Below are positions 11,453 to 23,104 of a DNA stretch of 64,000 nt, in pieces (the stretch's first letter is position 1; each line of letters begins with the position of its first letter). The notes under the pieces were generated by a model. The model was given only the letters and a program-made list of their open reading frames with translations, ran no database searches and was not told where the DNA came from. A program made the translations under genes and the position numbers. The stretch lies in contig BAAIJX010000003.1 of assembly GCA_054600435.1 (NCBI GenBank), forward strand, positions 310,001 through 374,000. Direction: 5' to 3'. Origin of the DNA: Neophaeotheca triangularis. Its lineage: Eukaryota.

Positions 11453-12772
11453 GGCGAAGAGAGAGGCGAAGCAACCGCTAGCGTTTCTTATCGAAGCGAG
11501 AGTGGGGCGTGGGTCAATGTCACTCGGAATTGGATGTAGAGATAACAACAACAGAAGCAACGAGCAGTGAGAACACCAAAAGTAAAGGTCGAGCAAAGGG
11601 GGGCGAGGGAGGACGGGAAGAAAACAATCTCACGAGGGACAGCTTTTGCTTGTTCTCAAACTACATTATTACTTTATAAGGGTGGAACAGGCGAGCTCGA
11701 GCGTGAGCAAGGACGAAGAATCTAACAAACACCGCAACACGAGCTTCCCGATCCACCAAGCCGGGAAGTCCGTAACCTATACCCATACCTATACCACTCT
11801 TAGAAGTCTGCCTACTTGGACGGCTTCGGTAGCGTAGGTAACTGGAGCAACGCAGATGTCGCCAGCATCTAACTACGGAGACAAGTACCTAGCCTAGGTA
11901 GACATAGTACATAGTGTAGCGACACGATAACCGTACAAAATTGCCCTCGCCAAGCGGCCCGCCTGCCTTTCTCCCCTTTCTCATCGATCAAAACCCATCA
12001 TGGAAGCTGTCTTCAGTAGGCACCTAGTATGTGAGACTGGCGCGCATCGAAAGGGCATTATTTGCAACCGAAACACACGTGGACGCAACCGAGCGGTCAA
12101 ATCCGAGGGACGTTGTTGTCTCCGACTTCTTGGTTCCTCGTTCTCAACGACCTTGCCAGGAGTCGTGACTCGTGGATGGAACTCGAGAGGACCGAGGTGG
12201 AAAGGCTGCTTCGCGAATCGTGGGAAGTGTGTGGAAAAGAAGACCGGGTCCCCATTATTTTTTGATACGAAGTTGCAAGTGGGGTTCCCGACGGCGTGAC
12301 ATTTCGGATCAGCACCGCATAATGAACTGCCAGGTAACCCTGTTTATTACTTTTGATCCAATCGTAGAGCTGCCGTGTTCCATCTTTTCCTTAGAAGTCC
12401 ACGCTGACAGAAAGTCTAACCTGCATCTTTGAGCTATTTTATTAAGATATCTGTTAGCTGGACGGTCAATCTAATCACCACCTACTAAGTTACTATGGAA
12501 ATACCTCCGTGGAGCCGGCGTAGAAGGATGAAGACTGAATACAACTTCAAAACTCCGCCTACATACCACATCTACGTACCTCCCATCTCGCTTTGCGTCA
12601 CAACACGACATTTGCTCGTGCACCTTGACATTGCCATCACCTTCGTAGGTATATTTACGAGCCATGGATCAAACCGTGACCGCTGTTAAAACAACCGACG
12701 TTACCAGAGATCGTGATGCGAAGATAAGACATGGCTCCGCCCTCTCACCATCGACTCCCTACAAACCCTCTC

Positions 12773-14640
12773 TCACTGCGGCACAGCTGCCCCGTCACCT
12801 CTCATATCACTCCCAGCACTCCACACGCCTGACCCCTCAACGGGATCCTCATGCCATCTAATAACCTGACCCCTCCCAAAAACGCCCCTGGCCATACCCC
12901 TCACAACCTCCACCTGATGGCCCAACCTCCGCAAACCCTCGACCGCCTCGTCGCTAATACCCTCTTCAAGACTAACAACCGAGTCCACAGCTTCCTGACC
13001 ACCGATACACAGCCTCGGGGCGTCGAGAGCGGCTTGCGGTGTCTGCTGGAATAACATCTGGTTGAGCAGCACCTGCACGTGTCCCTGGGGCTGCATGAAC
13101 CCGCCCATGACGCCGTAGACGGAGTGCAAGCTCTGATCGCTAGCGTTGGTCACGAGAGCGGGGATGATGGTGTGATAAGGGCGTTTGCGCGGGGCGAGGA
13201 CGTTGGGGTGGTCGGCGGGTCCGAGGCTGAAGTTGGCGCCGCGGTTTTGCAGCGTGAAGCCGCAGCCTTGTGGGATGATGCATGTGCCGAAGCCGGCGTA
13301 GTTGCTGTTGATGAAGCTGATGCCGTTTCCCTCGCTGTCGGTTGCGGCGAAGTAGACGGTGTCGCTGCTGCGGTGGGCCGGGGAGCCGTGGGGGAGGTCG
13401 GTGGAGGCGCGGTCGGGGTTGAAGAGTTTGGCGCGTTCGGCCAGGTATTCGGGGGAGATGAGCTCTTGCATTGGGACTTTGGAGACGTTGGGGTCCGCGA
13501 CGAACCAGTTGGCGTCTGCAAAGGCTATGCGCAAGCTTTCGGTAAGGGCATGCAGGTAGGGTGCCGTGTTGTGGTCTGCCGCTGTGAAGGAGGGAATGCG
13601 TCCTTGCTTTTCGAGTGCCTCGAGGATGCCCAGAGCCATGAGCGCTACAATTCCCTGGCCGTTAGGAGGGTGTTCCCAGACATCTACGCCCTCAGAGGCC
13701 TTGTCAGACATGTGTTGCCCGTGTCCTTTCGCCGTGTTGAATGCCTTGAAGCGCAAACTGATTGGGTCGACAGGCTCTGTCCCGAATTCCATGTGATGTT
13801 GGAGATCTTCGTGGGTCAAGTGACCGCCTTTTTCTTGAACGATCTTGATAAGCGAGTCTGCTACCGACCCTGTATAGAACCCTGCTTTTCCATGTTGTGC
13901 TAGTAAACGGAAAGTGTTGGCCAAAGTCGGGTTCTTCTTGATTTCGCCAGTCCTAGGTGCCCGACAACCATCCTTTGCCGAAGAGTCTGCTTTGAGCATC
14001 TCGGCGGCATTGGGGGATTGTCGTTTCAAGAACGCTTCCGACTTGCTCCACTGGTCTCATGTCAGCAACAACCACACAATTGAGCAAGTCTAGGATGGAA
14101 ACTCACGTAATAGGCCATCATCTCGCTCACAGGGAAGCCTTGCTCTCCCAACTCAATGGCGGGCTTCAAAATCTCCTCCATACTAACCTTCCCACTCCCA
14201 AACTTCTCAACAGTATCTACCCAGCCTGCCGGAGCTCCTGGTACAGTGACAGCATGTACCGAGTCCAAAGGTATCGCGTCCTCCTCACCATCCTTGACCC
14301 CTAGATCCTTCCTTATCCTCTCACACGTAACATCTTTACCACTCCTCCCACTGCCATTCATGGCCGACACTTTCTTCGTCTTTGCATCGTAGAAGAGACA
14401 GAACATATCACCGCCAATGCCAGTGCTGCCTGGCTCGGTCATATTGAGCCCTGCAGCTACTGCCACGGCGGCATCAGCGCAGTTGCCGCCTTTACGGAGG
14501 ATCTCGAGACCACATTGTGTGGCTAGGGGTTGGGTAGAGGAGACGATGCCTTTGGTACTGTGGACTGTCGAACGGCGGGAAGGAAAGTAGGAGAACTGCG
14601 TCTCGCCGGCTGGCTGAACGGAGCTGGTTTTGAGGGGCAT
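12773..14640 (-). CDS. Gamma-glutamyltranspeptidase-family Ntn hydrolase (YwrD-like cytosolic subgroup)
   Basis: Exons 14640-14107 and 14050-12773 (603 aa). [35 protein letters not shown], nucleophile context [29 protein letters not shown] and terminal SDMRGDG. Confidence 0.95.
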
Positions 14641-15521
14641 TGCTGCTGCTGCTGCTTCGAGTACGTGAGATGTTTCAGACGAGGGAAAAATATGCTGAGC
14701 GAGAGACTTGAGGCGCTCCGTCTTGGGCGATGTGCTTGCTCGAGGCAGCTAGATTAGGTTTTGGAATTGAGTGGAGGTATGAGGGACTGAAGAGACGTAA
14801 TTTGGAGTGAGAGGAGAAGATGGTATGCTCGGTACTTGCGAAAGGTGATATTATTTCCTGTCCTGCAACCGGTATCTTTTGATGTTACGTGACAGTCGAT
14901 TGATTGCGGCTCTTCACCCAGGGTCGTCTGATAGAAGTGGGGGGTGTCGCCGTCTCGCAGGCCATCAATAACATCCCACCTGCCCCTCTTGTCCATCCTA
15001 GGCCGATCTCGGTGGGGTTTTGATCGGGTATTGCGGAGGGGTGTACGCCGCGTCTCGAGCTGATAGCCGTTCGCCGGTGGGCGGCCGCGGGCGGCCTGCC
15101 AGCATATCATCATCCAAATCTCGTTCGGAGGCACGGCGGTAGTCTGGCTGGTCTCTGCGAGTACAATGGTTGGTGTTGGCTTCAAAGCGCTGGCCGAAAC
15201 CCCTCAGTTTGCTCGGGACGAAAGTGATGGCGCGGGGTGCCCGTCAGGGCTTGGAAGATGATGAGGCAATGGGACGTTCGACGCCGAGTCCGCGGGGATC
15301 CCGGCGTGGCTGTGCGACCTCACCTCGACAACACTGACGACAACAACCTCATCCTCTCCCAACAACCCCCCTTAACTGCCCTCCAGTAAAGAGATCGAGC
15401 AAGCGAGCTCAAGCAATCGGCCACTCGAACTACTGAACTACACCCTACTCAATTCGAAACACACGGCAACTGAAGCCACACAACCTTCCGCCTGGCCATT
15501 GACCCATCCATTACCACCACT

Positions 15522-15743
15522 ATGTCGAACAATCAACAAAGGCAAACCGAAGCCACCAGGACGGAAAATTTCATTCGCGAGGCCAGCAAAGTCCAGGACC
15601 CCGACCACAAACTATGGGCCCCCGCGCGATGGCTCATCATGATGGTCCAATGGATGATTGCCATCATCATCGTCACCATTGCCAAAGGTTTCGCCGCCAT
15701 CTTCACCAAGCAAAAGGGCGGGCAGAGTAAGCGCAATGCCTAA
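15522..15743 (+). CDS. Putative 73-aa small single-pass membrane protein
   Basis: ATG in CCACTATGT context after a C/A-rich leader typical of fungal 5' UTRs. C-ending codon bias. One hydrophobic segment (WLIMMVQWMIAIIIVTIAKGFAAIF) followed by a basic tail. No family recognised. Confidence 0.45.
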   Translation: MSNNQQRQTEATRTENFIREASKVQDPDHKLWAPARWLIMMVQWMIAIIIVTIAKGFAAIFTKQKGGQSKRNA

Positions 15744-17066
15744 GGGAAGCGATGGAACGGAATGAGCGCGAACGACGCGACGACAAGAAACGATTCTACG
15801 ATTTGGGCAGTTGCTGTTGTTGCACTATCTGGAGGGTTCTGCGATCTTGCCACTATTCTACGCGGCTACCTCCAGTGATGCGCGATCGATGCGAAGATTC
15901 TGACTCTGCTGGCTTTGAACGTGCTGGTCCTTGCCGAGCCCGTTTGTCGAAGCATGAGAATCACGTCTCGCACGCATGTTCCACGATGTCCTCAAAAAGG
16001 GAAGCATGCCGCCAAACCATCTGGAAACCCACCAGCACCGGAAGACGCTACCAAGCTCACCTACAACGCCTGCGATTGTACCTCACCAACAAGTGCGCCA
16101 GCTTTCGACGGTCTTAATCTATCAAGTGAGAGCAAGCATGGCGCATTAAAGACCAGTGCTAATATGCTGCACCTTCCACCCACGGCGCCCTCGACTAGAG
16201 GGCCAGACAAATGGCTCGAGCTAAGAGTAACAGTACGCTGTACGAGCTTTGTTTATTGGATCTCTAAGGGAGGGGCAAACAGTACATTATTTAAATCAAT
16301 GACATCACATGAGCACTTCCCTATTTGTCAATTCCACGCTCATGCCGCATTTAAACAGCACCTCTTTTCAACACCACGCGTGTCAGGCACGTAATTGAGA
16401 GTTTCCGATATATCAAAAGCTCCACAATATCAACGTCCTAGCAATAGTGGTGTCTTCAAACCCCGCGATCGTGGCTGATACACGTAAATCCATATCTAGT
16501 GCCAAGTGCCTCTCATTGTGTATCTTCTACGACCTACCAATACCCGTTATTTGCACAGCACTCCCGATCCTATCGCGACTCAAATGACGTTAAGAGCACG
16601 CTTTTCATCCGTGCTTTACCAGTAAAAACCAGCTGTCAGGACTCAGTAAGTACCCGCGATGAATTTGTCACTGCTTCCGCCAAGTGTTATCCAGGGACGC
16701 GAACAATTGTTCCGAGGTTGTGTCTGAGCTTGGACTGGAGGAGATGCTGACGTTGATACCCCGCGTGCCGGGTTACTGAACGACTAGGAGCTAACGTTAG
16801 GTAGTAGGTACATTATCAGTGGTTTGACCTGGCCTCACCGCGGCGCGCGGATGACTGATGGCGTCGGTTCGGAGGGAGCTGTGACGAGTAGTGGAGGCAG
16901 CCTCTTGGGAGACTTTATGAGTCGGCAGCTAATCTTGGGAAGGGGTGGTAGCTGTATTTATACTGAGCGATAGCTTCTCTCACCAACTCTCCACTTCACG
17001 CTCCATCAAGGTATCCATCTCCCACTACCAATCACCATCGTACCCACCCACCTACCTACCTACAAC

Positions 17067-17569
17067 ATGCCCTCCGGAAGCTGTTTCTGCGGCAAATGCC
17101 GCTTCCAATACACTGGCGAGGCGCAAGCCAAAGCCCTCTGCCACTGCACCGACTGCCGGTACCCACGCCCTCTCACAAACCAAACGCCAGCAAAGCCCCC
17201 CACCCCAAGCTAACCTTCCATTTCACTCCCAGCAAAATCACCGGCAGCGCCTACAGCACCAACGTCATCGTCCCCGACACCGACTTCAGCCTCGTGAGCG
17301 GCAGTCCCAAAACCATCGCCAAAAAAGCCGATTCCGGCAATGATATAACTTCGCACTTTTGCGGCGATTGCGGGACCACGCTGTTCCGCGATGGGCCGAG
17401 TTTTCCGGGCGCGAAGATTGTGAAGGCTGGGGTTTTGGATGACGGGCAAGCGCTTGAAGAGGCGAGGCCGGCGGTGGAGTTGTATGCGGCGCAAAGGGTG
17501 GGGTGGGCCAAGGGGGTGGAGGGCGCGGCGCAGTTGAAGGGGATGCCGGGGAGTGAGGCTGTGGCTTGA
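17067..17569 (+). CDS. GFA / CENP-V (Mss4-like) zinc-binding protein, 142 aa
   Basis: Exons 17067-17158 and 17233-17569. Motifs GSCFCG, CHCTDCRKITGS and FCGDCGTTL. Intron GTACCC...GCTAAC...CAG restores the frame. Confidence 0.92.
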
Positions 17570-18271
17570 GGGGAGGAGAGGGGATGGGATGGCGTGGACT
17601 GAAGCAGGGGGGGAGGTTACTGTATGGCTTAAGGGCTCATTTGCTCACGTGGGAAATGTTGCGGATCTGGGGTTGGGGGATGTTTGCTTGTAAGTCTCTA
17701 GGCTCGTTGTTCAGGCTAAGCGGTTGCATGCCGTCGCGCTGTTGTATTCCGCCATTGAGATGTTCGAGTGATAGGTAGTTGTATGTAGTACTTATCAGTT
17801 CCTAGTGTGGCTGTCTTGTGCAAAAGGTGCCTAGTGACAATTGGAAGGGGAGCGGGACATCGGCACATCGGATGCTAAGACGATTAAGCGCTTACAGGGA
17901 AGATGTGGCGCAGTCAGCATCATCAGAACAATCCAATGGGCGTCTGCAGCTGCCTAAAAGTCATCATCACCACTTCTTCCGACTCGGCCCTCTCCCGTGC
18001 TTCACTTTCCTTTCCAGCAGCATGTGATTTCAACCAAAACTCCCTCGCTTCGGGGCGACGGCGACTGCAGACCTTTAATTTTTTACCTTGATTCCTAATG
18101 ACAGGCCGTTCGGCCAAGCTCGCCCAACAAACAAAGGGCGCACAACGCCACCCTTCACGATCGATTGCGCGTGATCATCAGCGAGAGCCCATCACACAGC
18201 GCGAGCTCCAAACACGACAATACCACCTACCTACCAACCCTTCCATCCACCCATCCACCCGGACCAACACC

Positions 18272-18928
18272 ATGGCGCCACGCAACTCCGCTTCCGCCAC
18301 CTTCACAACAGCAACCCTCCTCCTCTTCTCCCTCCCCCATTCCACAGCCCAAACCCTCAGCACCAGCGCCCTGCCCCCAGGCTCAACCACCGACAGCGCC
18401 CCGGACACCGACACCTCCACCCCCTCCTCCTCCGACTCCTCCGACTCCGACGAAGAAACCTCCCGCCACATCGTGAACTACTACTTCGTCTTCATCGCCC
18501 TCGCCTTCGCCATAGCCGCGCTCGGTCTAGTCTTCATAGTCCGCCGACGCCGGCGACAACTCGCGCTCATGCCGCTGAGCCAGTACACGCCGCAGCGGCA
18601 GCGGCAACCCGCGATCCACCGGACGCGATATTGGAATGGCCGGGGGTATTTTGGCGGTGGGGGAGGTGCCGGGGACGAAGAGCATGCCAGGCCGCAAGAG
18701 GGGTTGAATGAGTTTGGCGAGGCGCCGCCGCCGTATGTGCCTAAGCGGAGGAGTGAGGAGGAGGTTTTGGGTGGGAGTGGGGGTGATGGTCCGGCTGTGC
18801 CTATGCAGACGCTTAGGAGGGAGGATGCTGGGTTGAAGCCGCCCGGGTATGAGGAGGTTGGGGTGGGGAATTCGGGGGGGAGTGGGGGTGAGGGGAGCGA
18901 TGAGGGGCCTGTGATGAGGCCGAGATAG
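18272..18928 (+). CDS. Type I single-pass membrane protein with cytoplasmic PY motifs, 218 aa
   Basis: Signal-peptide-like N-terminus, S/T/D-rich ectodomain, TM helix YYFVFIALAFAIAALGLVFIV followed by RRRRR, then GLNEFGEAPPPY and KPPGYEE. Confidence 0.8.
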   Translation: MAPRNSASATFTTATLLLFSLPHSTAQTLSTSALPPGSTTDSAPDTDTSTPSSSDSSDSDEETSRHIVNYYFVFIALAFAIAALGLVFIVRRRRRQLALMPLSQYTPQRQRQPAIHRTRYWNGRGYFGGGGGAGDEEHARPQEGLNEFGEAPPPYVPKRRSEEEVLGGSGGDGPAVPMQTLRREDAGLKPPGYEEVGVGNSGGSGGEGSDEGPVMRPR

Positions 18929-19209
18929 TGGGTGAAGGTTTCGCGTTTGAGATGTGGGCGTGGGACGCTCTTGTTTAACAGCGAAGGTGTTGCGGCGATT
19001 TGTGCTATTGCTTGCATTTTATGGAGCGAGAGCGAATGTTTTATCTTTGCGCGATTGTACGCGCGGCGAACCCGGTCCATCATCAACTCAGTCGACTTAC
19101 AAAACCACATCCTTTCGCGTCGACCGAAATCATGATACTGAGAAATCCCAATCTCGAAATCGCCCGCAAATCCAAACCCATCCAGAATCCTCAGCAGTCA
19201 TCACTAAAC

Positions 19210-20494
19210 TTACATATAAAGGTCAGGAAATCTGGCAGAAATAGTCAGCGAAACTCGACATACTCCCCCCATCCCCATCACCACGAAGAGCAAAAACAAT
19301 CCCCCCCAAAATAAAATAAAAAGCCTGGTCGCAAACTCACCACCAGCCCCAAACCCCTCCTCACTCGCCGCATCCACATGTTCGAAGTAAGAATGATGCA
19401 CCCCAAGATTGCCTCCATCATAGCCAACAACCCCATCCTCACTCTCACCTGCATCACCCGGCATCTCCAGGACCCTCACATCCCCCTCCCGGACCACCAA
19501 ATTCTCCTTCTCGGTCAACTCCTCGCGATCAGCGTCCAGAGCGCCCTTGAACCCCGGCGACGTGATGTGGAACTCCGACCCGACGTGCGCATACCCCCAT
19601 TCCCGCCGTGGCATCCGCGGCACGGCGTCGTTGAGGTGCGTGACGCGGAAGACGTTGCCGGCGCCCAGGAGCGAGTGCAGGTGTTGGGCGAAAGCCGCGT
19701 TGCCGACGCGCGGCGAGCCGAAGGTGTAGAGTTGGAGGCTGCCGGGCGCGAGGCGGGGAGCGAGGTCCGCCGCCGCGATGGTCGCGAGGGCGCCGCCGAG
19801 GGAGTGGCCGGCGAGGATCAGTTTGTAGGTTTTGAAGCGGGTGGAGAGGGTTTGGAGGTCTTGGAGGTGGTTGTGCACGGTTGGGGCCAGGTGTTGGTAG
19901 GCTGAGTGGAAGCCGGAGTGGAGTTTGCAGTTCGGGCAGTGGGAGGGCGTGGGGATCAGGAAGCAGTTGAAGCTTGTGAAGCTGTTGCGGGGGGTTTGCG
20001 AGCCGCGGAATACGAGGGTCAAGGTGCGGCGGGTGTGGTCGACGATTAGGAAGCCACTGGTTTCGGCTGAGGAGACTCTGGAGGAGGAGGAGGTTAGGGG
20101 GGTTTAGGGGAGGGTGGTTTTCTTTTTGTCAATTCGGGGGGTTTGCTTCACGCATCTTAGGTGTGGGGGGGGATCGGATGGTTTGGAAGAGATGGGTGTT
20201 GATATACTTGTCAAAGACCGTTAAGATTCTGATGCCAGGAATGTTGTGGAGAAGCGGGCAGGCATTGTCGGGTCAGGTGATTGAGTCGCCCTTGACTTTC
20301 TCGTAGTTGTCTGGGCAGTAGCTTGCTGTGGAGTATTGGGCGTAGAGGCGGAGGTTGTCTAGTGTATCGCTGTCGATTCCTGCTTTCTCAACATGGTGGG
20401 TAAACTCGCTCTGCAAGCGTTGTGGAGCCGCTGTGATGGTGTCGGGGGCTAGGAAGATGAAGGTGTAGAGGGGGGAAAGTAGAGAGGACTTCAT
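19210..20494 (-). pseudogene. Secreted class 3 lipase (mono/diacylglycerol lipase or feruloyl esterase-like) interrupted by an in-frame TGA at codon 74
   Basis: Exons 20494-20208 and 20077-19210 join in frame. Signal peptide, YAQYSTASYC, LVFRGS, HSGF, GHSLGG, TFGSPRVGN, HLNDAVPRMP and HSYF are present. TGA at 20273-20275 falls in IT*PDNACP, where the family usually has Cys. Confidence 0.75.
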
Positions 20495-23104
20495 CGTTTC
20501 GGCAGGCGGAGCGGTGGACTCGACGGAATGGAACGTAAGTACTGTGGCAGATGTGATTTCTTGTCCTTGCCTTTGCGTTCGGAAAGGTCGCAGCAAGAGG
20601 AAGGCTCATGATAGCAGGTCCTACCTCGATATGTACTGCATTTCGAGCACGACTTAGGTTGTGTGCCTACTGCGATGCGATAATCGGTCTGCTCGTGGGA
20701 AATATCTTTGTCGAGCGGCGTGATAGGTCGAGGATGGGGAGTAATCGCTGAATCCCATGCTGTCGGTACGAGGAGGTAGGTACCGCTCAGCACTTAATTT
20801 TTCTGTCGGGGCAAAATGCGTCCAACAACATGCAGGTACAGTACAGACAGGTAAGCTGCGTAGAGAATGTTGCAATACGGTATACTAGCAACAATTATCA
20901 CCGAGAGATGGACGGCGCCCAAGTACAGTAAGGTAAGAGTAAGGTATCTTACCTACAGACAGACTTGTGGTGGCGTTTGCAGTGGCTCAATTTGGACTTT
21001 TAGCAGCTGGACCAAGCTGGAAAAAAGCGGCGTGTTTTCCAACACCGTACCTACCTTACCGTACCGTACGTACCTGGGCTGTTTGTAATCAGCAGCATCA
21101 TACCATATCTGCCGAGATAATACTGTAAGGTAGTGATTTTTCGATGGATTCCAAGTCAAGCCTGCTAGACTTGCCGTCGCTTGTCGGCGGGATTTTGGAT
21201 ATTGGACATTGGCCAGTCGCCACTGCTGTTCTTATTAAGTAGGTACTGACACGCAGGCCGTGATCTGGTCGTTGCAACCCGGTGGCGGTGGACTGCGCCC
21301 AACGACAGGACGAATTTGTGGCTTGACTTGGGCATGGATGGGGAACAGCGGGCTCCCCCATCTTTGTGCGGCTCTGTTCATCCAACTTGGTCACCTCTCT
21401 CGACCTCACCTCTCGCCTTTAATTGCGCCATTATGACCTGCGAGCTTAACAAATGCGCCATGAAATACAGCTTGTGAACAAGCTTCGTCTGCTTCGTGAC
21501 CCTATTACATTCATGGCCGATCCCCTCTCGTTGAGCAGACCAGAGTACCATGCGTGCACTCTGATCTCTTGTCGAGAAGGGTGCGCGTGATGAAGCTGCA
21601 GCCATGCGATTGATTGCCCCGTAGCCTTGTAGGCTCGTGCATGTCTGTGTTCGCTCCGTCGTAGCTCCGCTAACTATGCAGGCCACCCGACGTCAAGAGT
21701 ACCGGAGCTTACGCCGAAGTTGAAGTCATTTGGCTTGCGCAATGGCCACTTGAGTCTGGAGAGCTTGCTGGACATCGGACCTGACTCCGCACGTAGAGAG
21801 CAGAACCAAAAAAACATACCACATCATCCCCCATAAGGCCACAAGAGACTTCTGGCCTGTCCATGGCAATCCAGAACAGCGACAGCCGTACGAGGCACTC
21901 GCCGTAGTGAGGCAATCTCGGAGGCCAACCCCCCATTCGCGGCGATACATTTTTGCCTACCCTAGCCACCAGCAAAAGGCTCCTGATGTCGCTCGACGAT
22001 TTCTGCTGCCTCGTCATACCGCTCATCGATGCTCATCAACTCCAAAGTGATACAAGTCATGCTACCCAGGCCCAGAGTACAGGGAAACGGCCACACGGCT
22101 GTGTGCATCTTTGCCGCGTTCCAAAAGCCAGGCGCGGAGCCGTTCGACGGCTACGCTGCTACGCGGCAAAAGGATGGCTCCTCGGCGGAGGCATCACAGG
22201 ATGATGTTGGATATATCTGGTACCACTCTCATCAATAGCTACCTTCTGGCCAAAGGTTGAGCTGCTGGTGGTAACCGCTTCATGATTCCAGTGAGAAGAA
22301 GATGCCTATTCCCGGTCCGGATGTATGGTGAAATGATTCTATGAGAACAAGTACCATGGCCAAAAGAAAGGACCGGAGCCTGGAGGAGCTCTTTAGTGCG
22401 GCAAGGAGATCCGACTCCATCTCGATGCGCAGGCCCAGCTTGAGCAAGCATCGCAGATTCACACTTGTCGGTTCCGGACACGTCGATTCGGCCCATACCG
22501 CGATTGCTGCTCACTAGAAACTATCATGATGATGCAAAAATCCACGAATTGCAGTTACACACTGCATTGACACACTGCAGTTTATTGGCTTGTTTTAATC
22601 CTCACAAGTGCGCCAGGATTCTGGCACGGGATTCTTTCCTGAGGCAGCTGTGGCGGTGCGGGTGGTGGCAAGGACCCTTTTCGCTTCCACGGTAACACGG
22701 TTAAAGATCAACTTCGGTGGTATGACCGCGGCCGCTTCAAAGTCCAGGGACCTATAACGCGGTACTGCATCCATCTTTCCCATGTCACACGCCGACAATT
22801 GCATCTTGAGACCGCTGGCGAAAAAAAAAAGCGGTGATCCCGTCACCGGCGGCATCTCAGCTTCGCGCCTTGCGGCTGCCCATCTGAATTTAAACCCGAT
22901 TTGAATCGTCGATCTCCAGACCTGTGATGGGTGTATTAACGCACATTGGAAAAGTGTAGACCGAACGACTTCACAAGAACACGCGCGTGGAGACAGGTGG
23001 AATTCCCACACGACCACGCAATATCAAGTGGCAGCTTCAGCGGCGGTTTGCACTCATTTGCTTGCCAAGCTCCAACATTTTGGAGGAGCTACGCCAACCC
23101 CTCC

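Noticed and set aside
15258..15337. ATGATGA...CTGA resembling a box C/D snoRNA
   Set aside because: No terminal stem or recognisable rRNA guide, and it lies in a probable promoter.
20229..20296. Alternative intron that would remove the lipase TGA
   Set aside because: It shifts the frame into another stop and deletes the conserved CP motif.
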